Notes under the pieces: model-generated | Database searches by the model: none | Seen by the model: the letters and a program-made list of their open reading frames with translations, nothing else | Told to the model about the DNA's origin: nothing | Program-made: the position numbers and the translations under genes | Shown: piece after piece, positions 35,248 through 45,175 of the stretch | How positions within the stretch are numbered: position 1 is the first letter of the stretch | Layout: every line of letters starts with the position of its first letter | Origin: a bacterium | GTDB lineage: Bacteria > Bacillota > Clostridia > Christensenellales > Aristaeellaceae | Reading direction: 5' to 3' | Assembly: GCA_029009515.1 (NCBI GenBank) | Contig: JAQXJZ010000109.1 | Location: forward strand, 4,066-68,065 | Length of the DNA stretch: 64,000 bases

Positions 35248-37227
35248 TTATTGCTGATGAACCCGTTCAAGCACAGGGATGACCTCCAGCGGCGCCGGAA
35301 CAGTCACGCGCTGCCCGCCTTCAAGCACTTCGCCGGTATCCACATTGCGCCACTGACCGGCAGGCAGATACACGCTGCGGCTGCGGGCGCCGGGCTCCAT
35401 CACGGGCGCGACGAGATACTTGCCGCCGAACATGTACTGATCCTGCAGCAGGGCGCAGTTCTCGTCCTCCGGGAACTCGTAGAACATGCCGCGCAGCAGG
35501 GGCGTGCCGGCTTCATGGGCTTCCTGCATCAGGCCGCGGACGTAATCCCGCATTTCCTCGCGGCGGTTCATGTACTTCACCAGGATGGGGTACGCTTCCT
35601 CGCCGAAAGACCAGACCTCGTTGTCGCTGCCGGAGTTCAGCACGCGGGTGCCGTCCTTGCGGTACACGGGTTCAGCGGGCGCGCGGTCGCCATGCAGGCG
35701 CATCACGGGGCAGTAGCAGCCCCACTGGAACCAGCGCACCAGCAGCTCCCGGAACCACTCCTCCCTGGGGTTGCCCGCGTGGAAGCCACCGATATCCGTC
35801 GTCCACCACGGGATGCCCGCAACGCCCATGCTCACGCCGGCGCAGACCTGACGGCGGAAATCCTCCCAGCGGCTCATGATGTCGCCGGACCACACCAGCG
35901 CACCGTAGCGCTGGCTGCCCGCCCAGGCGCAGCGCACCAGATTGACGGGGTTCTCCTGGCCCTGGGCCGTCATGCCCTCGTAGAACAGGCGGGAATAATA
36001 CTGCGGATAGATATTGCCGATCTGCTGGCTGGAGCCAATGTGATAACGATACTGCTTGAAGTCGTAGGTGCCCCACTCCGGCTCGGCCTCGTCCAGCCAG
36101 AACACACGGATGCCGTAGTCGTAATAATTCTTCTTGATCTTGTTCCAGACATACTTGCGGGCACGGGGATTGGTCGCGTCGAAGAACATCGAATCTTCCA
36201 CAAAGCGCATGCCGACCTGCTCGCCGTATTCTGCGCGAACCAGCAGTCCCTGCTGGAGCATCTCGTCGTAGTTCTCGCTGGTGAGGGCGACCTGCGGCCA
36301 CACGGACACCATCAGCTCAATACCCAGTTCCTGCAGCTCCCTGACCATCGCCGCGGGATCCGGGAAGAACTCGGGATCGAAGCGGTAGTCGCCCATGTGG
36401 GGCCAGTGGAAAAAGTCGCAGACGATCACATCGATGGGCAGATTGCGGCGCTTGTACTCCCGGGCAACCTCCAGCAGTTGCTCCTGATTCCAGTAGCGCA
36501 GCTTGCACTGCCAGAAGCCCAGGCCGTACTCGGGCATCATGGGCACAAAGCCCGTGGCGCGGGCGTAATTCAGGCTGATGTCAGCAGGCTTGTCACCGGC
36601 AGTGATCCAGTAATCCAGCTGCTTGGTGGCATCGGCATGCCAGGAGGTGCGGTTACGGCCGAAGGACACCCAGCCGATGGCGGGGTTGTGCCACATGAAG
36701 CCGTAGCCGCGGCTGGACATAATCACCGGCACGCTGGCCTGGGAGTTGCGGTGGGCCAATTCAAGGGTGCAGCCCTTCCAGTCGATATACTCCTCCTGAT
36801 ACTGGCCCATGCCGTAGATATGCTCGCCGTCGAAGCCCTCGAAGGTGGCCGTCAGGGCATGGTCGCCGCCGATGATGGGCTCGAACTTGCGGCTCTGCAG
36901 CACCAGGGCGTTGGCGCCGTCGGTCTCCTGCAGCAGCACCGCTCCCTTCTGATTCAGGAAGGTGATGCGCACGCGGCGCTTCCAGCCGCATACATCCAGC
37001 TTGGCAGTGATCTTGCCGTTGCGCAGGATGGCATGATCGTCATCCACCAGAGTCAGCTCCACGTCCGGGCTGTCCACGGGATCCAGCAGGGCAAAGCGGT
37101 TATCCTGCACATCACCCATCAGCACCGCGCGCACACGCAGGCTGTCGGGGCCCCAGGGCTCCACAACCACCGTCTCGCCGTGGTTGCGCCAGATGATCTG
37201 CTGACCGTTGAATTCAAAGAATTTCAT
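35248..37227 (-). CDS. GH31 glycosidase (alpha-xylosidase/alpha-glucosidase type)
   Basis: YicI-like N-terminus, VCDFFHW and nucleophile-region WLDEAEPE. ATG 37227 follows AAGGAGAA. Confidence 0.85.
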   Translation of the reverse strand: MKFFEFNGQQIIWRNHGETVVVEPWGPDSLRVRAVLMGDVQDNRFALLDPVDSPDVELTLVDDDHAILRNGKITAKLDVCGWKRRVRITFLNQKGAVLLQETDGANALVLQSRKFEPIIGGDHALTATFEGFDGEHIYGMGQYQEEYIDWKGCTLELAHRNSQASVPVIMSSRGYGFMWHNPAIGWVSFGRNRTSWHADATKQLDYWITAGDKPADISLNYARATGFVPMMPEYGLGFWQCKLRYWNQEQLLEVAREYKRRNLPIDVIVCDFFHWPHMGDYRFDPEFFPDPAAMVRELQELGIELMVSVWPQVALTSENYDEMLQQGLLVRAEYGEQVGMRFVEDSMFFDATNPRARKYVWNKIKKNYYDYGIRVFWLDEAEPEWGTYDFKQYRYHIGSSQQIGNIYPQYYSRLFYEGMTAQGQENPVNLVRCAWAGSQRYGALVWSGDIMSRWEDFRRQVCAGVSMGVAGIPWWTTDIGGFHAGNPREEWFRELLVRWFQWGCYCPVMRLHGDRAPAEPVYRKDGTRVLNSGSDNEVWSFGEEAYPILVKYMNRREEMRDYVRGLMQEAHEAGTPLLRGMFYEFPEDENCALLQDQYMFGGKYLVAPVMEPGARSRSVYLPAGQWRNVDTGEVLEGGQRVTVPAPLEVIPVLERVHQQ

Positions 37228-37243
37228 AGCCGTTTTCTCCTTT

Positions 37244-38269
37244 TTACGTAAAGTCGAAGGCCTGGACCTGCTCGTATTCCTTCTGGTCATAAACGGAGCC
37301 GTCCGGGTACATCACACAATGGAACCAGCGCTTGGGTTCGGGGCTGCCGATGGGCCAGTCCCAGGGGAAATGATACTGGGCGCTGCCGGCGCACAGGCCC
37401 CAGACGTAGAAGCCGATATGCTCCTTGCTGTACACGGGCAGGAAGCCCTCCATCTCGTTGTTGAAGGTACGGGCAAGGCACTCGGTGCACAGCGCCGGAC
37501 GGCCAGTCGCCTTGGCACGGGCGGTTTCGCCGTCGAAGTTCAGCTCATGGATGCCGGGCAGATCAGGATCCAGCACGTCCACACCGGGCGTCGCATAGCA
37601 GTGGAAGGTCGTAATATCCGAGATATCGAAGGCATTCCAGCAGGCCGTCAGGGGCTGAGTGGGATTGACCGCACGGGCCAGCTCGAAGGCATAATTCTGC
37701 AGGGGAACATTGCCCTCATGGCACTCGTTGTACAGATCCCAGAAGGTGACGCGCGTATCGTTGGCAAAGCAGGTGATGATGTCGGTCACAAAACGGCCGA
37801 TGCCCTCCTTGTCCTCCATCCACTTGCCGTTGCAATCGAAGATCTGCGCGCCCTTGTAGATCCAGCTGCCGTCGTGGCGGCCGGGCTTGAAATCGATGAT
37901 GAAGGGATCTTCATCCGGCTGCAGATCGTTGTCCGGCAGCATGTAGGTGTTGGGCTGCAGCGTCAGCATCACGGTGAAGCCCAGCTCTTTGCACCAGTCC
38001 AGGAAGGTATCCAGGTTCTGCTTCACCTGCTCGCGGCGGGATTCCCACTGGCAGGCCGCCACAAAGATGCGCAGGCTGTTGAAGCCGAACCGCTTGGCAA
38101 AGCGCAGCTCCCGGTGGATGACCTCCGGCCGGAAGTGCTGCCACATTTCAATGTAGGAGCAGCAGTAGGACGGGATGAAGTTCACGCCCTTGATCACGCC
38201 CAGGGGCTTCATGTATTCTTCCGCCCGCTGAATGCTCCAACGGCTGTTCATCAGTTCCTCATGCGTCAT
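37244..38269 (-). CDS. Clan GH-A TIM-barrel glycoside hydrolase (GH5-like), cytoplasmic
   Basis: Acid/base motif WDLYNE and nucleophile-like CTEC, no signal peptide. GGAGG lies 7 nt upstream. Confidence 0.65.
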   Translation of the reverse strand: MTHEELMNSRWSIQRAEEYMKPLGVIKGVNFIPSYCCSYIEMWQHFRPEVIHRELRFAKRFGFNSLRIFVAACQWESRREQVKQNLDTFLDWCKELGFTVMLTLQPNTYMLPDNDLQPDEDPFIIDFKPGRHDGSWIYKGAQIFDCNGKWMEDKEGIGRFVTDIITCFANDTRVTFWDLYNECHEGNVPLQNYAFELARAVNPTQPLTACWNAFDISDITTFHCYATPGVDVLDPDLPGIHELNFDGETARAKATGRPALCTECLARTFNNEMEGFLPVYSKEHIGFYVWGLCAGSAQYHFPWDWPIGSPEPKRWFHCVMYPDGSVYDQKEYEQVQAFDFT

Positions 38270-38281
38270 GGTGTTTCCTCC

Positions 38282-40117
38282 TTAGGTTCCCTGATGTTCA
38301 CGGTCGAGGGTCTGCATGTCGGGATAGATCCGGTTGTACATATAGTACCATTGCATCAGCGGCACCGTGTAATAGGGCTTGAAGGTGCGGCAGACATGGT
38401 GGTAGATGCCGCTGTGGCCGGGCAGCGTGCGGAAGGTGTTGTCCTCGCCGTCCACCGGCTTGAGCCATTCCTCGGGATGCGCCTGGTCACCCACCAGCAC
38501 GGTCATCTCATCGCAGCACAGCACCAGCGGGCCATAGCACAGCGCCACCACATTGGGATGCTGGGGATCGACGGGCTTGAAGCACAGCTTGTAGGGCAGG
38601 CGGATCTCCACCGGGTCGCCATCCTGCCATTCGCGGTCGATGGTCAGCCAGGTGTTGGGCTGGGCGGACAGGGCCGTCCGTTCACCGTTGATGTACACCG
38701 CATTGCCATTCACCGCCCAGGACGGGATGCGCACCCGCAGGGCAAATGCCGTGCGCTGAGCGGCATGGATGGTGAACTTCGCTTCCGGCTTGCGGGGGAA
38801 ATCGCCGGTGCTGAGGATGCTGACTGCCTGACCAGCCTGGCAGAAGTCGATCTTTGCCGGGATGAGCTGGCTGATATAGGGGCCAGCCTCATCAAAGTAG
38901 GCGATCATGTTGGCGTATTCCGCCGTGTCCTGCGGGAAGGTGCCCGTGCAGCACTGCCACACGAAATTCTGGCCCATGTGCTGCAAGCGGCGATCCTCGT
39001 AGGATTTCAGCGCGCCATCCACAAAATAGCTGGCGTAATAGAGCACCTGTCCCTTTTCCGTGATGGGCGGCTGACCCAACGTGCCATTCACCAGCAGTTT
39101 CTCCGCCCAATCGCCGTAGCGGGCGTCGCCGGTGAGCTTGAGCAGGTAGTTGCACAGCTTGAACACCGCCCAGCTGCAGCAGCTGACCTCGCAGGAGCCC
39201 CAGGAATCGCTGCGGGTGGCATTGCCGCCATGGAAGCTTTGGTATACCAGCTTACCCGTTGTGGTCAGCTCCCTGTCCCAGGTGGGCAGAATAGCGTTGC
39301 CCAGATAACCCGGGTCATCGCCGAAAAGCATCTCGCCCGGGCCGTAGCCGCCGGTGGCATAGGTGTGATGCTCTGTGATCTCCTGATAGCCCTTTTCGAT
39401 GACCTCCAGATAATGGGGATCCTCCGTGACGATATAGGCCCGGGCGGCAGAGGAAAGGCTGTTCACCTGGCTGTACGCATGACGGGGGCCGATGCCCATT
39501 TCACCGCTGGCCAGCTTGTCCCACATATAGTGGTAAAGCCATTCGTCTGCCATTTCCTTGTAGATATCATCCCCGAAGAGCTGGTAGGCGCGGTAGAGGT
39601 TCTCCGGCAGGGTGTACCACTCGATCTGCCCGCGCATACGGTGATCCTGCAATCCGTCGCGGGGGATATCCGTCTGGAATTTCGCCTTTGCATACCGGCT
39701 GATGCGCAGGATCCAGGGCTTGACCTCCTCCACGCCCATGTACTCGTACATGTCCAGAAAGCCGCCCAGGTATTTCTCCCAGATGTAGGTGCCGCGATCC
39801 ATCACGTCTTCGCACTTCTCCACGCACTCGCACCAGCCATGGAACAGCTCCATCGCCTTGGCGCGGATGCGCTCATCGCCGGTGTTGCGGTACCATTTGG
39901 CATAGGCGCCCAGGTACTGCCCGATAAAGGGCCCCCAACCCACCATGCCGTTGGCACTGGAGGAGATCCCCGCCTTCACCCGGAAGCGATGCAGGATGTC
40001 GTCATTGGAGGGATGCATCGCGTAAAGCTCCAGCGTTTCATCCCGCTGGGTCTTGAAGGGGCTTTCCAACAGCTCTACATGTTGATACTCAGCACCTTGC
40101 AGCTTGTAGTTCTTCAT
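38282..40117 (-). CDS. DUF1680 / GH127-type beta-L-arabinofuranosidase-like protein
   Basis: About 610 aa with DUF1680-like sequence and Cys-rich motifs CEVSCC and WQCCTG (HypBA1-type Cys/Glu metal site). Confidence 0.75.
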   Translation of the reverse strand: MKNYKLQGAEYQHVELLESPFKTQRDETLELYAMHPSNDDILHRFRVKAGISSSANGMVGWGPFIGQYLGAYAKWYRNTGDERIRAKAMELFHGWCECVEKCEDVMDRGTYIWEKYLGGFLDMYEYMGVEEVKPWILRISRYAKAKFQTDIPRDGLQDHRMRGQIEWYTLPENLYRAYQLFGDDIYKEMADEWLYHYMWDKLASGEMGIGPRHAYSQVNSLSSAARAYIVTEDPHYLEVIEKGYQEITEHHTYATGGYGPGEMLFGDDPGYLGNAILPTWDRELTTTGKLVYQSFHGGNATRSDSWGSCEVSCCSWAVFKLCNYLLKLTGDARYGDWAEKLLVNGTLGQPPITEKGQVLYYASYFVDGALKSYEDRRLQHMGQNFVWQCCTGTFPQDTAEYANMIAYFDEAGPYISQLIPAKIDFCQAGQAVSILSTGDFPRKPEAKFTIHAAQRTAFALRVRIPSWAVNGNAVYINGERTALSAQPNTWLTIDREWQDGDPVEIRLPYKLCFKPVDPQHPNVVALCYGPLVLCCDEMTVLVGDQAHPEEWLKPVDGEDNTFRTLPGHSGIYHHVCRTFKPYYTVPLMQWYYMYNRIYPDMQTLDREHQGT

Positions 40118-40184
40118 CATGTCCTCCTTTGAAAAAACGGGGGTATCCATGCACAGATACCCCCGTAAATGACCTGATTGGAGA

Positions 40185-41120
40185 TCAGCCCGTCACGGCG
40201 CCGATCATAACGCCCTTCTCAAAATACTTCTGCACGAAGGGATACAAGCACAGGATCGGCACAGTGGACACGATCATGACAGCGTATTTCACCTGGTCGG
40301 CAGAGGACTGGCCGTAGCCGCCCTGCACGCCGCCGTTGCCGGAGGCATACGCCTCGTTCAGCAGCAGGATGCGGCGCAGGACCATCTGCAAGGGTTCGTT
40401 GGCCTGGTTGTAGTTGTAAACCAGCGCATTGAAGTAGTCATTCCAGTGGTACACGCCGTAGTACAGGATTTCCACAGAGATGACGGCCTTCGACAGCGGC
40501 AGCACGACCTTGAAGAAGTAGTTGAAGTGGCTGCAGCCGTCCAGAATCGCAGCCTCGTACAGATCGTTGGGAATACTGTTCTGGATGAAGGTTCTGGCGA
40601 TGATCAGGTTGTATGTATTCACCGCCATAAAGATGATCAGAATCCACTTGGTGGAGATCAGGTTCAGTCTGGAGATGGTCATGTACAGGGGCACCAGACC
40701 GCCGGAGAAGTACATGGTAAAGACGAAGTAGAGCATCACCGGGTTGCGTGCCTTGAAGTCAGGGCGGCTCAGTGCATAAGCCGCAGGCATCGTCACCGCC
40801 AGGTTCAGGGCAGTGCCGGCCACCACGTAGATGATGGTGTTCAGATAGCCATTCCAGATACGGGCGTCGGTAAACACCTGCTGGAAGCCATAGAAGCGGA
40901 TATCCACCGGCCAGAAGACGACCTTGCCCTGATTGACCAGATCAGAATTGGAAATGGAGGCAATGACCACAAACCACAGGGGATACAGGATGATCAGGAA
41001 GCACAGGACGCTCAAGACGATGACCAAAGCGCCGAAAAGACGGTCGCTCAGGCTGGTTTCACGGATGGAATTTTTGCGGACTTCCGACTTGCGAAGATCC
41101 TTATTGGTCATAGCTGTCAT
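40185..41120 (-). CDS. ABC permease, LplC type
   Basis: EAA-loop YEAAILDGCSHFNYFFKVVLP and C-terminal FVQKYFEKGVMIGAVTG. AAGGAGG upstream. Confidence 0.9.
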   Translation of the reverse strand: MTAMTNKDLRKSEVRKNSIRETSLSDRLFGALVIVLSVLCFLIILYPLWFVVIASISNSDLVNQGKVVFWPVDIRFYGFQQVFTDARIWNGYLNTIIYVVAGTALNLAVTMPAAYALSRPDFKARNPVMLYFVFTMYFSGGLVPLYMTISRLNLISTKWILIIFMAVNTYNLIIARTFIQNSIPNDLYEAAILDGCSHFNYFFKVVLPLSKAVISVEILYYGVYHWNDYFNALVYNYNQANEPLQMVLRRILLLNEAYASGNGGVQGGYGQSSADQVKYAVMIVSTVPILCLYPFVQKYFEKGVMIGAVTG

Positions 41121-41134
41121 GATAATCCACCTCC

Positions 41135-42085
41135 TTACATCAGTCCGCTGCCGGTGATCTTCTTGCTGATCCAGTTGGCAGAGAGCAGGAAGACAAAGTT
41201 CACCACGTTGGTGAACAGGCCGACAGCAGTACCAAAGGAGAACTGGGAGGACTTGACGCCCACGTCATACACATAGGTCGAGATAACCTGAGACGCCTTC
41301 AGGTTCAGCGTGTTCTGCATCAGATAAACTTTATCAAAGCCAACGTTCAGGATGTTACCCATGTTCATGATCAGCAGGATCATGATGGTAGGCACCAGCA
41401 CGGGGAATTCGATGTGAATGACGCGCTGCCAGCGGTTTGCGCCGTCGATCTTGGCAGCGTCGTAGAGCTGGGTGTCAACGGAGGACAGGGCTGCAATATA
41501 GATGATGGAATTCCAGCCCATGCTCTGCCAGATACCGGAGCCGACATACATGCCGACGAAGTACTTGGCCTGGCCCAGCAAATTGGCCTTTTCAGGCACC
41601 AATCCCAGCATTTTCATGAAATCAGACAGAACGCCGCCCTTCTTGGCAAAGAGCACGTTCAGCATGGAAACCAGAACGACAGTAGAAATGAAATACGGAA
41701 TATACACCGTCGTCTGCACGGTGCGCTTCCACTTGTTGTTGCGGATCTGGTTGATGATCAGCGCCAGCACAATGGGCGCGGGAAAGCCCAGCAAAATGCT
41801 GACGGCAGAGATGGTGAAGGTGTTCTTCAGCGTGGAAGAGAACATTGAGCTGCTGAAGTACTGGTCAAAGTACTTCCAGCCAACCCACTTGCCGCCGGTG
41901 ATGCCGGCTTCAAAGCTATACTCACGGAACGCCAGCTGCGCACCGTACATGGGCACATAGGCAAAAATCAGGATATAGAGCATCGCAGGAAAAAGCATGA
42001 CCCACAGCTGCCAATCCTTTGCCAGATACCAGCCCAGACCTTTCTTTGTACCGCGTTTTACGATCGTCTTCGTATTTCCATTCAC
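41135..42085 (-). CDS. ABC permease, LplB type
   Basis: LAKDWQLWVMLF N-terminus and EAA-loop YDAAKIDGANRWQRVIHIEFP. GTG start 10 nt after GGAGG. Confidence 0.88.
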   Translation of the reverse strand: MNGNTKTIVKRGTKKGLGWYLAKDWQLWVMLFPAMLYILIFAYVPMYGAQLAFREYSFEAGITGGKWVGWKYFDQYFSSSMFSSTLKNTFTISAVSILLGFPAPIVLALIINQIRNNKWKRTVQTTVYIPYFISTVVLVSMLNVLFAKKGGVLSDFMKMLGLVPEKANLLGQAKYFVGMYVGSGIWQSMGWNSIIYIAALSSVDTQLYDAAKIDGANRWQRVIHIEFPVLVPTIMILLIMNMGNILNVGFDKVYLMQNTLNLKASQVISTYVYDVGVKSSQFSFGTAVGLFTNVVNFVFLLSANWISKKITGSGLM

Positions 42086-42201
42086 GGAAGATACCCCTCC
42101 TGTCTTTCAGCCTGCATCGGGAGTATCCCTCCGCAGTCTTTACGCCATCAATGCAAGGCTTGATGGCGCTTCGGGATGTTCCCGACATGAATAATGCCAA
42201 G

Positions 42202-42233
42202 GGGCGGGACGCGGAATTATCCGCATCCCGCCC
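42202..42233 (-). terminator. Intercistronic 14-bp stem-loop after the SBP gene (attenuator/stabiliser)
   Basis: GGGCGGGACGCGGA-atta-TCCGCATCCCGCCC. The single C/A mismatch on the plus strand is a G.U pair on the minus-strand (sense) RNA. Two further small hairpins follow in the 164-nt spacer. Confidence 0.55.
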
Positions 42234-42249
42234 ACAGAAGTTTACCTGA

Positions 42250-43830
42250 TTACTGAGCCTTAAAAACGTCGTAGGCAGCCTGACGGATCTGCAGGATGTC
42301 GTTCAGACCAGCGGCCATAGCGGCGTCAACATAGTCTTCCCAATCCTCTTCCACGTCGGACTCACCGGTCAGCCACAGGCCCCAGTAGTTGTCGATGATG
42401 TTGTCCACGTTCGCCTGAGCAACTGCCATGGTGTTCTGATCCTCAGCAGTGTACTTCATCAGCATCTGGGGATAGTACTCGTTCTCCATGTCCACCAGAG
42501 CGATGGACTCCTTGTACTGCTCGCGCTCGGTCAGGGCATATTCCATGTCGATGGTCATGTCAACGCGGGTAGCACGACGGATGTACATGGGAGCGTTGTC
42601 AGCGAAGGTGGAAGTCCACTTCCAGGTGCCGGGGTCGGTGTTAGCCTCAGCGGGAGGAGGCAGAACCTCGTAGTGGTTGTCGCCAACCTTGGCCACGTTG
42701 CCGTCGATGATGCCGCCGAACAGGCCTTCCACGGACTCAGCTTCGCCGTAGAACAGGTCAACGAACTTCATCGCAGCTTCAGGATTCTCACACTTGGCGG
42801 ACATACAGACGCGGTTGCCGCTCATGTTCAGGCCGGAGAAGTCGTAGGGCCAGCGAGGCGCGACGTCAGCATACTTGGGATCCAGATCGTTCTGGAAGGG
42901 ACCGCAGGGAACATACTGGGAGTGCAGGGTGGGGCCGAACTTATCGGTCTCTTCCCAACCCATAACCACGCCGACCAGCGCGTTGCCCTCAGCGTCGCCG
43001 CGGGACAGGGACTGGAACATGGAGTAGTCATTGGTGATGGCGTTTTCGTTGATCAGGCCATTGGCGTACAGATCAGCCAGGTAGATCATCATTTCCTTGT
43101 AGCGCTCGTCCACGGCGAAGGCCTTGACCTGGCCGCCCTCGGCGAAGTAGGAATAATAGCCCCAGTTGGTCTGCTGGATGCCCCAGGAGCCGATCAGGTT
43201 GTGCAGGCCGTAAGCGCCGCCGAACCAGCCGTTGAAGTCCATGGGGATCTCGTCGTTGGGGTTGCCGTTGCCGTTGGCGTCATTCTCCTTGAAGGCCATC
43301 AGGACGTCCTTCAGCTCGGACAGAGTGGTGGGAACTTCCTTGCCCACGTTCTCCAGCCAAACCTTGTTGACGAACATAACGGTGTTGGTGTCAGGCCACT
43401 TGCCCTGGAACTTGGGCAGACCGTAGATCTTACCTTCCAGCGTCTTGGCCAGAGCCAGGGTGTCGGGCTCCTCGGTGAACATCGCGGTCACGTTGGGCAT
43501 GGCATCCACATACTTGGTCAGATCAGCGAACAGGCCCTCGTAGGTGGTGTAGTCAGCATCGATGGTGGCATTGAACAGCAGGTCCGGGATGTCGCCAGAG
43601 GCAAAGCGCTGGGACTTCACGGTATCCCAGTCAGTCCAGATGACTTCCCAGGTCACGTCGACGCCAGCGCGCTCTTCCAGCTCGCTGACCCACTTCATTT
43701 CGTCAACATGCTTGGTCAGGGGATGGGCGATGAACAGAGCGGTCAGCTTGACGGGTTCGTCAGCGCTGGCGAAGCTCATCATGCCCAGCAGCATCATGGC
43801 AGCCAGGACCAGAGAAACGATTCTCTTCAT
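42250..43830 (-). CDS. Extracellular solute-binding protein, LplA type (526 aa)
   Basis: Signal peptide MKRIVSLVLAAMMLLGMMSFASA, with size and sequence typical of LplA-type SBPs. AAGGAGG upstream. Confidence 0.88.
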   Translation of the reverse strand: MKRIVSLVLAAMMLLGMMSFASADEPVKLTALFIAHPLTKHVDEMKWVSELEERAGVDVTWEVIWTDWDTVKSQRFASGDIPDLLFNATIDADYTTYEGLFADLTKYVDAMPNVTAMFTEEPDTLALAKTLEGKIYGLPKFQGKWPDTNTVMFVNKVWLENVGKEVPTTLSELKDVLMAFKENDANGNGNPNDEIPMDFNGWFGGAYGLHNLIGSWGIQQTNWGYYSYFAEGGQVKAFAVDERYKEMMIYLADLYANGLINENAITNDYSMFQSLSRGDAEGNALVGVVMGWEETDKFGPTLHSQYVPCGPFQNDLDPKYADVAPRWPYDFSGLNMSGNRVCMSAKCENPEAAMKFVDLFYGEAESVEGLFGGIIDGNVAKVGDNHYEVLPPPAEANTDPGTWKWTSTFADNAPMYIRRATRVDMTIDMEYALTEREQYKESIALVDMENEYYPQMLMKYTAEDQNTMAVAQANVDNIIDNYWGLWLTGESDVEEDWEDYVDAAMAAGLNDILQIRQAAYDVFKAQ

Positions 43831-43881
43831 ACGGGTACCTCCTTACATTTACCGTTCGCTGAAAAAGCTTATTCTTTTCTC

Positions 43882-43894
43882 GCAATCGAACGGT
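43882..43894. promoter_or_regulatory. 13-mer GCAATCGAACGGT, candidate operator (copy 1)
   Basis: Identical 13-mer at 45135-45147. Here it lies 10 nt downstream of the predicted -10 of the minus-strand SBP operon. Its CGAACGGT end is also inverted-repeated with ACCGTTCG at 43850-43857. Confidence 0.45.
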
Positions 43895-43904
43895 TTCTGA
43901 CTAT

Positions 43905-43933
43905 ATTTTACGGCTCGCCGTATCAAAACGCAA
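43905..43933 (-). promoter_or_regulatory. Candidate promoter of the SBP-permease-GH operon
   Basis: Minus strand reads TTGCGT, 17 nt, TAAAAT. Confidence 0.4.
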
Positions 43934-44121
43934 TGGATTTTGCAGAAGTGTTTTGCAAAATACGGCAACCATTAGGCTGATTGTTACATCCTTAACCTAA
44001 ATTCAACCCAAAATGTCTGTAATGGGTACGCAAAAAGTTTTCGTTCCGGCGGATTCTGGTCACTGCGTAGCATAGCATTACTTCGTTCTTGCATTATTTG
44101 CCAATCCATCGTATAATATTC

Positions 44122-44135
44122 ATATATATATATAT
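44122..44135. repeat. (AT)7 dinucleotide microsatellite
   Basis: Read directly. Lies just downstream of a TATAAT (44112-44117) in the araC-side promoter region. Confidence 0.9.
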
Positions 44136-44193
44136 CAAGCATGTTTCCATGTGTTATCCGGCAAAAAGATAGATTTTCTGGAAGGTGTGCGCT

Positions 44194-45063
44194 GTGAAAT
44201 ACGATGTATTGTCCATTTCCCATCCCCATGAGATAACCCTGTGCGGAAGCAATCTGTATGCACGGCCGGAGTTCCACCCGGATCGCACGATGCCCGAGCA
44301 CGACCTGCTGTACGTCTATTCCGGTGAGTGGACACTGGTTCAGGATGACGTTTCCTATACGGTCGGCGCCGGAAACGTCATCTTGCTGCGTGCAGGCAGC
44401 CATCATTATTCGCCGGTTCCCTGCTCGGCCAACAGTATGAATATGTTCATCCACTTTTCCAGGCTGCCGGATGACCGGCTGAACGTGGAGCTTTCCGTGG
44501 CAGAAGCTTCCGTTTATGCAAGCGGCGAGACGGTCTGCATCCCCACGGTGATCCATTGTGGGACACAGGGAACAGTGGAGAACCTCTTCCGGGAGATCAT
44601 CGATGTGTTCTGGTCCCGCAGGGATGACCGGGAACGCAAGCTGCGCATGCTGCTGGCGCTGCTGCTTGCGGAACTCTCCTTCTTTGCCCGGAAGGAACCC
44701 GCCGGCAAGGAGCGGCAGGAATGGTTCGTTGACCTCCTGAAGGCAATGAACGCGGAAATCGGCCGCTTCTTCACGCTGGAGGAAGCCGCCTCGATCGCGC
44801 ACATGCAGGTCAGAACATTCTCTTCCCGCTTCCGTAAGATGACAGGCCGGACCTTCCAGCAGTATCAGATGGAGACGAAGCTGCAGATGGCGTACGATAC
44901 GCTTTCGACCGGCCCCTATACCGTGAAGCAAGTGGCAGATATGTACGGGTTCTGTGATCCCTACTATTTCAGCCGGGTGTTTAAGAAGGTTTACGGAATG
45001 CCCCCCAAGGCCGTCAAGCAGCTGGATCCCTCGGCGAATATCAACCGTCCGTGGATGCAGTAA
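44194..45063 (+). CDS. AraC-family transcriptional regulator (cupin sensor plus HTH)
   Basis: C-terminal AraC HTH (FSSRFRKMTGRTFQQYQ, YGFCDPYYFSRVFKKVYG) and N-terminal cupin-like domain. GTG 44194 lies 9 nt after GGAAGG. Confidence 0.88.
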   Translation: MKYDVLSISHPHEITLCGSNLYARPEFHPDRTMPEHDLLYVYSGEWTLVQDDVSYTVGAGNVILLRAGSHHYSPVPCSANSMNMFIHFSRLPDDRLNVELSVAEASVYASGETVCIPTVIHCGTQGTVENLFREIIDVFWSRRDDRERKLRMLLALLLAELSFFARKEPAGKERQEWFVDLLKAMNAEIGRFFTLEEAASIAHMQVRTFSSRFRKMTGRTFQQYQMETKLQMAYDTLSTGPYTVKQVADMYGFCDPYYFSRVFKKVYGMPPKAVKQLDPSANINRPWMQ

Positions 45064-45099
45064 AACGACTATTCAACTGGCCTATGCCCAGATTTTCCA

Positions 45100-45128
45100 T
45101 TTACACCTGACTTATACTGCCCTATAAT
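45100..45128 (+). promoter_or_regulatory. Promoter of the LamG-GH127 gene
   Basis: TTTACA, 17 nt, TATAAT. Confidence 0.5.
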
Positions 45129-45134
45129 GCAAGT

Positions 45135-45147
45135 GCAATCGAACGGT
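45135..45147. promoter_or_regulatory. 13-mer GCAATCGAACGGT, candidate operator (copy 2)
   Basis: Identical to 43882-43894. Starts 6 nt after the -10 and is followed by a partial repeat ACAATCGAATGAC (45148-45160). Confidence 0.45.
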
Positions 45148-45175
45148 ACAATCGAATGACGATCGTAGGACCCCA

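Noticed and set aside
37208-40132. 974-aa plus-strand ORF, the longest in the track
   Set aside because: It lies antisense to two well-supported genes (clan GH-A hydrolase and GH127-like). Its composition is the Ala/Gly/His/Arg/Leu-rich pattern expected from reading GC-rich genes backwards. It has no SD and no recognisable motifs. It is a shadow ORF.
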